Assembly: GCF_001194135.2 (NCBI RefSeq)
Contig: NC_068999.1
Location: forward strand, 42,929,935-42,966,456
Length of the DNA stretch: 36,522 nt
Source: Octopus bimaculoides
Lineage: Eukaryota
Reading direction: 5' to 3'
Made by a program: the position numbers and the translations under genes. Positions within the stretch are counted from its first letter, which is position 1. The number at the start of each line of letters is the position of its first letter. A model generated the notes under the pieces. The model was not told where the DNA came from. It searched no databases and saw nothing but the letters and a program-made list of their open reading frames with translations. Of this stretch, positions 11,726-23,290 are shown piece by piece.

Positions 11726-11980
11726 ATGGTGGTTGTCTACTCTTTAAACAGAGTTTGACCACCTCCTGCACCTACACCTTAGCCCTTTCATGGCGTCTGA
11801 TGTGGCTTTTTAAACCAGACAGTGATTTGAAAAAACACCCACACAGATTGCACCTCTGATTTGCACTACCAATACCTGCAAGTAAGTTCTGCTCATTGTG
11901 GATCCTAACATGTCTTTTAAGACCCCCATTGGATTTGCAAACCCTCTGGCACACACCACATTCAAACGTATGTCCCGACA
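11726..11980 (-). mobile_element. 5'-truncated non-LTR retrotransposon 3' end (probably RTE clade) encoding two C2H2 zinc fingers
   Basis: Open frame CGVCQRVCKSNGGLKRHVRIH...CNLCGCFFKSLSGLKSHIRRH (both C-x2-C-x12-H-x3-H), a stop, a ~45-nt 3' UTR ending acaaccaccat, then (ATGT)n. The 5' side also abuts (TGTA)n. The 15-aa linker is not TGEKP. Confidence 0.6.
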
Positions 11981-12052
11981 TAAATACATACATACATACA
12001 TACATACATTACATGCATACAACATATATATAATATATATATATATATATAT

Positions 12053-12111
12053 GGTGGTGCCCCAGCATGGCCACAGCTCATGAGCTGAAACTAGATAAAA
12101 TGAAAAATGAA
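12053..12111 (+). mobile_element. Orphan SINE/LINE 3' tail fragment
   Basis: ggtggtgccccagcatggccacagc...tgaaactagataaaatgaaa resembles the tails at 16688-16740 and 30204-30262. Confidence 0.7.
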
Positions 12112-12854
12112 NNNNNNNNNNNNNNNNNNNNNNNNNNNNNNNNNNNNNNNNNNNNNNNNNNNNNNNNNNNNNNNNNNNNNNNNNNNNNNNNNNNNNNNNN
12201 NNNNNNNNNNNNNNNNNNNNNNNNNNNNNNNNNNNNNNNNNNNNNNNNNNNNNNNNNNNNNNNNNNNNNNNNNNNNNNNNNNNNNNNNNNNNNNNNNNNN
12301 NNNNNNNNNNNNNNNNNNNNNNNNNNNNNNNNNNNNNNNNNNNNNNNNNNNNNNNNNNNNNNNNNNNNNNNNNNNNNNNNNNNNNNNNNNNNNNNNNNNN
12401 NNNNNNNNNNNNNNNNNNNNNNNNNNNNNNNNNNNNNNNNNNNNNNNNNNNNNNNNNNNNNNNNNNNNNNNNNNNNNNNNNNNNNNNNNNNNNNNNNNNN
12501 NNNNNNNNNNNNNNNNNNNNNNNNNNNNNNNNNNNNNNNNNNNNNNNNNNNNNNNNNNNNNNNNNNNNNNNNNNNNNNNNNNNNNNNNNNNNNNNNNNNN
12601 NNNNNNNNNNNNNNNNNNNNNNNNNNNNNNNNNNNNNNNNNNNNNNNNNNNNNNNNNNNNNNNNNNNNNNNNNNNNNNNNNNNNNNNNNNNNNNNNNNNN
12701 NNNNNNNNNNNNNNATTATTATTATTATTATTATTATTATTATTTATATTATTATATGACACCACCAATTTTGAGGAGACGGGGAGTCGTCAGTAATATT
12801 GATACCAATATTTGTCTGGTACTTTATTTCATCGATATAAATAACAAACTTGGC

Positions 12855-12855
<1 letters not shown>

Positions 12856-12890
<35 letters not shown>

Positions 12891-13230
12891 ATCTCTATCT
12901 ATTTATATCTCTCTCTCCTCTTTTCCCTCTTTCTCTCTGTTTTCTTTTCCCCACCCACTTTCTGTCTCTCTCTTTTCTTTTCCTCTCTCTCTCTTTCGTT
13001 CTCTTTTCCTATCACTTCTCTCGTTTTTCTCTCTTTTCTCCCTCTCCTCCCTTTCTCTGTCTTTTCTTCCTTCACTCTTTTTTCTCTCTTTCACTCTATC
13101 TTCTCTCTCTTTGTCTCTCTCTCCTCTTTCTATCTCCGTTTCTCCGTCATTATGACTTCCTCTCTTTCTTCTCTCTCCCTCTCTGTCCGTCTGTCTGTCT
13201 GTGTCTCTCCCACCCTCTCTCTCTCGCCGC
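12856..13230. repeat. CT-rich homopyrimidine low-complexity tract
   Basis: Almost only C/T on the plus strand. Confidence 0.9.
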
Positions 13231-14027
13231 AGAAAATCAATCAATAAACCTATTTGATAATATAAACGGCAAAATTACATTCAGTAAAGAAATGCAAATA
13301 ACCAAATCTTACAAGAACCGGAAAAAGAAGACGGAAAGTGGCAAGAAGTACAGGAGAAATTCTTTAAACAAGTCAAACGGATTTGTTTAGATTATAGTCT
13401 TCTGCAAAAGAACATGACCTCACAGTCATAATTTCTCAGACAAACACAACCAAGAGAAGAGCGAAAACGAAAGAACGAAAATCTTTGTAAATCGCAAAAA
13501 CAAACGCAAAAGATACAACGAAATACAATAAAATAAAAATAAAGAAATGCAGCAAAGACAGAGAAAGGAATTCTTTGGAATTGTAAAATACAATAGATAT
13601 TGTAAATATGTGTTTACATAAGCAAAAACCATTCTCTTCACTCCTACACAAGAAACAGACCAATTGACAAGCCGAAACGCATACCAAAGCAAATACGTAT
13701 ATTTATACAGAAACGTGCATGCGTCAGTTGACTTCAATTTTTGTTTTTTGTTTCTTGTTTTTCATTTTTTTAATTGGTATGTATGTATACTTATATGTGC
13801 CCCACCCCCCTCCTCTGCCACCACCACCAACAACCAAAAACCTTCTACGTTAAATATATTTTTGAACTTTCATTTTTGTGCGCACGTACACTAATAATTT
13901 TCAAATAAATTCAGTCGATAATAGAAATGTAGGTGTGTATAAAATATGCATGGATCTATGCACATAATATTTGTATGTATATATGAATGGGTAGGTGGTG
14001 GATGGTTAGGTGAAGGGATGGACATAT

Positions 14028-14084
<57 letters not shown>

Positions 14085-14485
14085 NNNNNNNNNNNNNNNN
14101 NNNNNNNNNNNNNNNNNNNNNNNNNNNNNNNNNNNNNNNNNNNNNNNNNNNNNNNNNNNNNNNNNNNNNNNNNNNNNNNNNNNNNNNNNNNNNNNNNNNN
14201 NNNNNNNNNNNNNNNNNNNNNNNNNNNNNNNNNNNNNNNNNNNNNNNNNNNNNNNNNNNNNNNNNNNNNNNNNNNNNNNNNNNNNNNNNNNNNNNNNNNN
14301 NNNNNNNNNNNNNNNNNNNNNNNNNNNNNNNNNNNNNNNNNNNNNNNNNNNNNNNNNNNNNNNNNNNNNNNNNNNNNNNNNNNNNNNNNNNNNNNNNNNN
14401 NNNNNNNNNNNNNNNNNNNNNNNNNNNNNNNNNNNNNNNNNNNNNNNNNNNNNNNNNNNNNNNNNNNNNNNNNNNNNNNNNNNNN

Positions 14486-14524
<39 letters not shown>

Positions 14525-14603
14525 AGTACATATGCACATACATGTATTAATGCGTACAAGCAATGATGCTCAAATTAATAATAAAGATAGAGAGGCAGAT
14601 AGT

Positions 14604-14649
<46 letters not shown>

Positions 14650-15269
14650 TGACAAATAGATCGATAGATATATGAATGCATGTATGCATGATATAAAGAT
14701 ACTAATTAGATTCATGTATGCATGAAATGACGCATCCTGCCATTCTAACGAGCAACTGTTTACTGAAATCTCCCCCCACTGTATGTCCGTACACACAGAC
14801 ATACACATACACACGCACACAGATTCACGCATACACATATACACATGCACGCGCACACATTTGCAAATACTTATAAATATAGAAAAATTTGTTCATACAA
14901 ATGGCATGTAGAAAATAAATCAAGCGATTTACTCATTAAAATATACATACATATTTTATATAGCATGCCTCAAGACATAGATCATGTATTTCTAGTGGAA
15001 ACCTGTGTATATAATTATATATACATACGCGGTGAAGGCGAAATCAGTGTAAGAGTCCTTTTATGCACGTTTCTATTAGAAATAAAGATCCATTTCCATG
15101 GGACGGCTGTATATTTATATATATATAAACACACAAACATTTGTATTTGTGTACCATTTCTCCGTTTATTTTTTTCCATCCTTGGTTTCGTATACATTTG
15201 CTGCTTTCTTCCAAGGTATCTAGTGCTCTTAGCTTGGATTTTCCGCGGGGCTGACCAGATTGGAGCGGT

Positions 15270-15645
15270 CTCGAGTATAACGCTGTGTTCCTTCAACTCG
15301 GCAACACTCGCTACCCGTCACTATTTTGTCTAAAAATTCTATTCAAGTGCTCTTTTGGGAGTTCTACCGCACTAACCACATTCTCCAAATATAGTCGCCC
15401 AAATATAGTTAGGTGTTTCGTTCAACAACATCGTAGAGCTGGGAACGTGGCTCGAAGAATTAATTGTTCCAGTCAAGAATGGTGATTTCTACCGTTAGAG
15501 ATTCACAATCTAGTGGAACGTTGGCAAGAAATCGTGAACAATGAGAGAGAATATATTATTGACTGATTTATTAAATTTGTTGATGAAAAATAAGGATTAA
15601 AATAAATCTTGAATAAAAAAAAAAACAATTTATCTGATAACCCAA
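15270..15645 (+). mobile_element. Mariner (Tc1/mariner) transposase 3' fossil with probable right TIR
   Basis: Frameshifted remnants: VFLQLGNTR (~VLLQHDNARP), KNSIQVLFWE/VLPH.PHSP (~WEVLPHPPYSPDLAP), GVSFNNIVELGTWLEE, GDFYR, IHNLVERWQEIVNNEREYIID* (15501-15566). Followed by TIR-like aatttatctgataacccaa. Confidence 0.85.
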
Positions 15646-16595
15646 CAAATAAAAAATCATGTTTGGCTGGAGGTGATCGTATAAATCAAAATGGCGATAC
15701 AGTTATAGAAATAAAATAGAAATAAGAAGAGGTTGAAGAATATTTATAAAACGGCAATAAAAATTTGAACCGAAATAAATTTATAAGGATATTTTTTTTT
15801 TCTGAAATGCACAAACAGAAATTTTGTTGAAAATTTACAAAATGTGAAAGAAAAAAAAATGCATCTTAATAAATCCAAATGAAATATTTTGAAAAATCAA
15901 CATATATAAAATAAAGAATAAAACAAAACTGTATTATGAAGGAAACGGATAAAAATAAACTTTAAATCTATGGCACCAACGTTCCTCATGAAAGCATTCC
16001 TTGTAATAGGCTAACGTATCCACACCCTTTATCTGAAATTTTGTAAGACTAAATCAATCCAGAGAACTACAATCTCATTCTTGAAATCAGTTCTTCTGTG
16101 GAGAAAAGCTAAGAATGCAGCGGCAGGATTTGGTTATTGAATAAATAGTATTATTTGTACAATAATTGGGAATTGGAACATAATAATAGAGAAGAGAAAT
16201 TAATTCTAGGATTGAATGGGTGTATAAAGATGTCTTTGCATATAATTATGTCTGATAACACCATGTGACTCTATAATGGTGTGTGTGTGAAGGCAAATTG
16301 ATGCTGTTTCTAGGAGTAAGACTTAACTGTTGACTATATAAAAATCGACGAAATTATTCATCGAATGAAGATGAGAATCTATAAAATTATTGTTGATATC
16401 AAGTAAACATTGAAGTTATGGAAATAAGAATAACGATATTCTGAAAACTTCTTCAGTGTGATGACATCATGATACTAAATATGACGTCATAAAAGAACTT
16501 TGCGGTTTCTTCAGCATTTGAATATAAACAACTATTTTAAAACGTCAATATATGTTTAAATTTTTTAACCAATATTTCACGTGGTATTTTTCGAT

Positions 16596-16740
16596 ACTTA
16601 GCGGTTCGGCAAAAGGGACCGATAGAATAAGTACAAGGCTTACAAAAAATAAGCCCTGGTGTATATTTGTTCGACTAAATGCAGATCTCCAGCATGGCCG
16701 CAGTCAAATGACTGAGACAAATGAAAGAATAAAAGAAAAT
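16596..16740 (+). mobile_element. SINE family D body and tail, 5'-truncated
   Basis: acttagcggttcggcaaaagggaccgatagaataagtac...ccagcatggccgcagtcaaatgactgagacaa; related to 30060-30262. Confidence 0.85.
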
Positions 16741-16764
16741 ATATATATTTGTGTGAATGTATGC

Positions 16765-16851
<87 letters not shown>

Positions 16852-16853
16852 TC

Positions 16854-16919
<66 letters not shown>

Positions 16920-16920
16920 C
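16765..16920. repeat. (TCTA)/(TCTG)/(TA)/(TG) compound microsatellite
   Basis: Read directly. Confidence 0.95.
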
Positions 16921-17796
16921 GAGTGTATTATATCATATTGTCTTGTATTATATATGTGTAAGCATTCATTCACACAAGCGCACACAAGTATACATAGATA
17001 TAGATATGCATACACACTTACATACGCGCCGCCCGCACATATATATATTAACGCATACGCGCGCAGATATATGCATATACATGCACAAGCACTCATAGAA
17101 ATATACTCACAGATGGACACATACACGCACATATACAGACTGATACGCTCATACACATACACAAAGGTTGCAGAGTAGCGGTGGTGGTGGTGGCGTCGGT
17201 GTCTGATGAGTATATTTCGCGCGCGAGCGTAAATGTGTGTGTATGTGGAATGATACATGATCGTATTGCATTCCTGCAGCCAATGTAAATAGTTCTTTTA
17301 ATTAAACGTGATCAGGCGATGTAGGCAGAGTCTATGAAATATTGTTGATCCCTGATATATTTGCTTGTTCGGCGGGGAGGGGGGCCTACAAGTCCCCCCC
17401 ACCCACTCTCCGCTTCCCGCCTTTCAATCCTCTCATTGAAATATTGTGCCTGTCAGAGATTTACCACCCACCCACCAACTCCACCACCAGCATGACCACC
17501 ACCTCCATCACAATTTGTTTTTCGGGTTTTCTCCTCTTATTTGTTTGCTTAATCTCCTTTTATTTCTTAGATTTAACAGATCTGATCTTGAAACCATAAA
17601 CTCTCGATAAACACTCATCGAGAATCCCCCGTCGCAGTCAAACTAGAAATACGCGTGGAAATTGCTTGCAAGAAGTGATACTACCTTCTCATCAAACTGC
17701 CGTCGATTCAGTCAATATATCATTCAATTGACACTCGATATCCTTTCTGCTTTTGCAATCGTTCTTCCAGCTGTCCACGTATTAGAAGAAACGAGC

Positions 17797-17840
<44 letters not shown>

Positions 17841-18687
17841 TTAGGATGGGTTGGGTTATGAGGGATGATGAGGACGGTGATTGCGTATTGCAGTGGTTTG
17901 TTCGAGAATACGGTGTGCTAGTATATTATCCGGTAGTATGACTGACATGCGAACCTGTGATCTTTCATTTGTACTTCAGCCTACGAAAGCAGAGATAATG
18001 ACGTCCTCGTTTTTGTTGTTGTTGATGTTGCTGTTATTGTGATGTGTCCATATTTTGCTTTCTGTCTTTATTGATATTTTTTGTTGTTGTTTACTTGTTG
18101 TTTTTCTTTGATTTCATTTTCTGTTTTATGTTTGCTTTCTGTTTTTTTTTTCTTTCGGTCAGTGTACAATTAACAGAAGCAAATTAATAAGAAATCTACC
18201 TGATAATGACCGATGTGTGGGGGGGGGGCGTAAATGGTGTGTGCTTCTCTGTGTGACTATGAATATGTGTGTGTATGTATGTTTGTGTTAGTGAGTGGTT
18301 ATCTGCGTTTGTGTATGAGAGTGATTGTGTGTGTGTGTGTGTGTGTTTGTAAGACAGAGAGTGCTCCTCTGTGTGTGTCTGCGTGTTTGTAAGACAAAGA
18401 GTGCTCCTTTGTGTGTATGTGTGTGTATGTGTGTGTATGTGTGTGTGATAGTGCTAAGCTTACCAAATATTGTACACAAATATATAAACAATTACAGTTC
18501 AAATATTTTGGGGACATATTTCAACTTGTAATGGCTATTTCACTGTAGTTTACGGAGGAGAGACAAAACTCTGGCTTTAGGTAGAAGGGTGAAAGAACAC
18601 CATTTTGGGTTCCAAAGAGAATGCATTCTACGCATAGCAAGCTTCTTATAGTTTCCATCCACGGGATTCATTTGGTTCGGTGCTAGA

Positions 18688-18790
18688 GAAGATAGAAGAC
18701 ATTTTGCTAAGGTGCCAATCAGTTGCGCTGACCTGAAAGCACACGGTATGTCTGTGGAGTGAGATTTCCAACTACGTAACCAAGCTTCTG
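18688..18790 (-). mobile_element. SINE family C head, decayed
   Basis: tagaagacattttgctaaggtgcc is close to the reverse complement of accttggggcaagtgtctttta at ~27048. Confidence 0.45.
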
Positions 18791-19381
18791 CATATATTGA
18801 AAATCATTGTTATTCAACAAGGTGGTGAGCCGGAAGAATCTTTAGCGCGTCCGCCAAAGGCTTTCTGTGGTACATTTCAAATCGTCTTGTTTAAGCCATG
18901 TTCATGGCTTTGTTTTATCCTCGATATACTGTGTGTATCTCTCAAACTGACCCAGCATTCTCACTTCCAAAAGGTTTTCTTTTCCCTTCTCTTCAACTTT
19001 TCCTTATCAAATATTCCAACTGAAGACACATTCAACCTTGTGCTGTACTTATATACATATTACATTATATGTACAGATATCAACATAGGAATATATATAT
19101 ATATATATATATANNNNNNNNNNNNNNNNNNNNNNNNNNNNNNNNNNNNNNNNNNNNNNNNNNNNNNNNNNNNNNNNNNNNNNNNNNNNNNNNNNNNNNN
19201 NNNNNNNNNNNNNNNNNNNNNNNNNNNNNNNNNNNNNNNNNNNNNNNNNNNNNNNNNNNNNNNNNNNNNNNNNNNNNNNNNNNNNNNNNNNNNNNNNNNN
19301 NNNNNNNNNNNNNNNNNNNNNNNNNNNNNNNNNNNNNNNNNNNNNNNNNNNNNNNNNNNNNNNNNNNNNNNNNNNNNNNNN

Positions 19382-19455
<74 letters not shown>

Positions 19456-20211
19456 ATAGATAATATACATAGGGATATGTATGTGTGTGTGCATGTATAT
19501 AGTTGTATATATGTATACATGCACACACGTACACATACATGTAAATAGATAGAGATTTAAGCATAAATATACGCATACATGCACACACATTGATAAATAA
19601 AACATGCATTCATACACACGTACATGTACATACATAAACATATATTCCTAAACAATGTGTGAAATTCAATTTTCAAACCGTCTGTCGTAATACGCCAATC
19701 ACGTTTCATTCTGTCACATGTGCAAATGCGATCTTAGCTAGGTCGCTCCACACGAAATTCATCATAGTTTTATTGTCATGGTTGCTGGCCTTGGAAGTGA
19801 AGTGTTGAAGTCAGTTGTCACTAGCTTCTTATAGGGGGCCATGGATGACAGAGTTGTGCAAGAATATTATTTACAGCCTGCGGCCTTCCTCTCTTCTCGT
19901 ATTATTTCATTCTTCATGCAATTTACACATGTAATATCCTGCTTCACCTCTCCCGACCGAAGAGTGTGTAAACATATACATGTATTCGTAGATATATATA
20001 TAAACACATACGTACATGCATGCATACAAATTTATGAGTGTGTGTGTGTGATTGAGTGTTTCTTCTACGTATATGTGTATACACAAATATGTGTGTCTGT
20101 GCGGGTGTAAGTATGTGTAAATGTATGTGTCTATATGTTGATATAAATATACATATATAAATATATATAATATATATGCTTTTGTAAATACACACAAACA
20201 CACACACACAC

Positions 20212-20253
<42 letters not shown>

Positions 20254-20924
20254 TGTGAGTGTGTATGTATACACACAAACACACGCATATATATATGCAT
20301 ACATATATATATATGTGTGTGTGTGTGTATTGTTTATGTATTATTTATGTGTATAGATGTTTTTGACTATTTCTGTGTGTGCGTGTGCACGTGTGTGTAT
20401 GTATGTATGTGTGTGTGTGTGTGTGGGGGGGTCTACACAGACAAATACACATGAAAGATAACTCAGCGAACACTAGATCAACGAAGCGATTCAGAGAGAG
20501 GAATAGCTGCACAAGTGCTCACACAGCCATACAAACATTTAAAGACACACACACACATACACTCACACGCTCACACGCACACACGCACGCACGCACGCAC
20601 ACATACACACACAGAGAAAAACACAAACACAAACACGGCCCAAAGCGATAAACATTCTGCTGCACACACCGTATTTCTTCACACAATCCTTGAAATGTAT
20701 AACGAAAGAAGAATTTATAAATGAATAAAAAAATATATATAAACAGAATTCAAACACATCAGGCAAAAAATATAAAAAGAACGCAAATAATAACAATAAA
20801 AACAACAACAACAACAACAGCAATAATAATAATAATGATAATAATAATAATAATGATAATAGTAATAATACATAAAAATGAAAGAGAAATAGGTGAACAA
20901 GACAAGAAACCAAAGTATTGGAAC

Positions 20925-21083
20925 CAAAATGGCGTCCAAGTATAGGAAGAAAATATAAAAAATATATAAAGCCGTGTAGTTAAAAATGGCAAGTAATAAA
21001 CGGGCTTTAAACAGCAGACATCGGCCGTTCTAATGACATATTGACTTCACTTGGAACGTGATAGTCCGGTTTGGTGACGTCAC
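20925..21083. promoter_or_regulatory. Cluster of YY1-type (CAAAATGGCG) and perfect CRE (GTGACGTCAC) motifs
   Basis: Motifs at 20925-20934 and 21074-21083 in a CpG-containing non-repeat island. Confidence 0.3.
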
Positions 21084-21390
21084 ACAGTTGACGAATCGTG
21101 GATCATTTCTCGGGGGCTTCTGTCTGTCAACTTCATCGTGTCGTTGCTGTTGTCATTGTTGTTGTTGCTTTTGTTCGTGGTGGTGGTGGTGGTGGTTTTG
21201 ATGTGTTTGATGGCTGTGACTGTTGTTGGTTGCGGTAGTAGTGGTGTTCCCTTGCACACTTCACGAATATCCTGTTTCAAGAAAGAATACGACATTAAAA
21301 CCATAACAATCATCATCATTTTATAAGAAAATAAAAAACAAAAAAAAACACATTCGAAAAAAAAATTTCAAGAAAAGCCGAGGAAAGCAT

Positions 21391-21690
21391 TCACACACAC
21401 ACACACACACATACACACACACAGGAATGATATATATATATGATGTATGTCTGTGTGTGTGTGAGTGTGTTTATATATGTGTGTGTGTTTGTGTGTGTTA
21501 TTGTGTGTGTGTTTGTGTGTGTGTTTGTGTGTGTGTGAAGGTGTATGTGTGACTGTGTGTGTTTGTGTGTGTTATTGTGTGTGTGAGAGTGTGTGTGTGT
21601 ATGTGTGTGTGTGTGTATGTGTGAATGTGTGTGTGTTTGTTTGTGTGTGAATGTGTGCGTGTTTGTTTGTGTGTGTGTGTGTGTGTAGGG
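21391..21690. repeat. (CA)n and long imperfect (TG)n
   Basis: Read directly. Confidence 0.92.
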
Positions 21691-22110
21691 AGAGAAATCG
21701 AAGGACTATGTTTTGAAGAAACCTAAAAATGGGAAAAACACAAAACCACAATATGAAATATATAAACATGCATGTATAAGAAAGGGCGAAACACACACAC
21801 ACACACGCACAACCACACACACACACACGCGCGCACACGCATAAGCATATATAATTTCCCTGTCTTTCTGGCTGACAGCTTTATCCTTTCTAACCCTCTT
21901 TATTTCATTCTCTCTCTCTCCCCCTCTCTCTCTCTCTCCTTCTCTCAATCTATCTATCTATCCGTCTATCTTCTGTTCAGACACATCTCTTTGTTCTCTC
22001 TCTACGTCTCCCTTTATCTCTCTCTCTCTATCTATCTCTCTATCTCTATCTATTTATCTATCTGTATATCTATCCACCGACAGATTGACAGATAGATAGA
22101 TAGATTCAGA

Positions 22111-22184
<74 letters not shown>

Positions 22185-22707
22185 CTTCTCCGCACATAAC
22201 ACTACACTCTTGTACTTCCATCCAATGACAAGACATGGAATATCATATTTCTTATGAAGTCTGATGATAACTCAAAGACCCACGCTGAAACCTAAAACTT
22301 TAATTTCATTCCGCCATCAACGTTGGACACACTTTATAATCATTTCATTTTATATCCAATGTCACGTGATCACAAACCGGACCGCCATTCTATTCCAATC
22401 GAGATTCTGAAATACATTCATTCTCTCTTCTATAATTTTCCTATGGCATTTTATTCCACATGATCCATTTTCGTTTGGGTTTGTGCGGGGCCGGGTCGTG
22501 TTTCCCGCCCTTTATTTTTTCTTTATAAATAACCTTCTTTTAAACTGCTTTGTCACTCCCTTCTTTCTCTCCCTATGTAAATGTATATAAATGTGTGCGT
22601 GTGTGTGTGTGTGTGTGTCCGTATATACGGATATATATATGTGTATATCTGTAGTACAAGTGTGTGCGTGTGGGTATATAAATATGTATGCGCGTATATG
22701 AATATGT

Positions 22708-22936
22708 GCGCGAGCTGGCAGAACCGTTAGCACGCCGAAAGAAATGCATAGCGGTACTTCGTCTACCGTTAAGTCCTGAGTTCAAATTCCGCCGAGGTCA
22801 ACTCAGCCTTTCATCCTTTCGGGGTCGATTAAATAAGTATCAGATACGCACTGAGGTCGATGTAATCGACTTAATCCCTTTGTCTGTCCTTTTTTATCCC
22901 CTCTATGTTTAGCCCTCTGTGGGCAATAAAGAAATA
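22708..22936 (+). mobile_element. SINE family A, full length, tail type 2
   Basis: gagctggcagaaccgttagcacgcc...gagttcaaattccgccgaggtc...ctttcatcctttcggggtcgattaaataagta...tttagccctctgtgggcaataaagaaat. Confidence 0.92.
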
Positions 22937-23090
22937 TATACGAATATATATATATATATATATAAGCAATTTTGCATAACTTTATATATAAATATGTATG
23001 TGTTTGTGTGACTATATGTACGTATATACACATATATAAATTTAGATACAAACATGCATATGTGCGTATATATATATATATATATATATA

Positions 23091-23290
23091 GGGAGAATTC
23101 ACGAAAAAACAACAGACGAAGACAGGTGGTGTAGACAACAAATGGATGTATTAGTATAACGTTCGGGAATAGAGAAACTCTTTAACGTTTCGAGCCTACG
23201 CTCTTCAACAGAAAGGAACACAGAAAGAAGCAAGGAGACAAACAAGGAGAGAAGAAAAATGTGTGTAGTGGTCAGCGATCTATCATGGCG
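23091..23290 (-). mobile_element. Probable Penelope-like pLTR-derived repeat carrying a hammerhead-like motif
   Basis: Contains the minimal hammerhead architecture at 23180-23215. The sequence is recalled as a recurrent octopus repeat; boundaries are approximate. Confidence 0.5.
23180..23215 (-). ncRNA. Minimal (dimer-type) hammerhead ribozyme-like motif with variant core
   Basis: Minus strand: CUUU CUGUUGA A GAGC-GUAG-GCUC GAA ACGU U/ AAAG. Stem I 4 bp, stem II 4 bp, palindromic ACGU as stem III. Core position 6 is U instead of A. Confidence 0.55.

Noticed and set aside
13300-13430. Protein-like frame QILQEPEKEDGKWQEVQEKFFKQVKRICLDYSLLQ
   Set aside because: No polypyrimidine acceptor, flanked by stops, no recognised homology.
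13660-13685. gccgaaacgc, resembling a hammerhead 3' half
   Set aside because: No CUGANGA core upstream.
15650-16270. Possible decayed LINE endonuclease (IYGTN-like)
   Set aside because: Only one weak motif in A-rich sequence; insufficient.
22261-22360. CUGAUGA...GAAAC and a possible mariner C-terminal remnant
   Set aside because: No stem II pairing; peptide similarity is too short.
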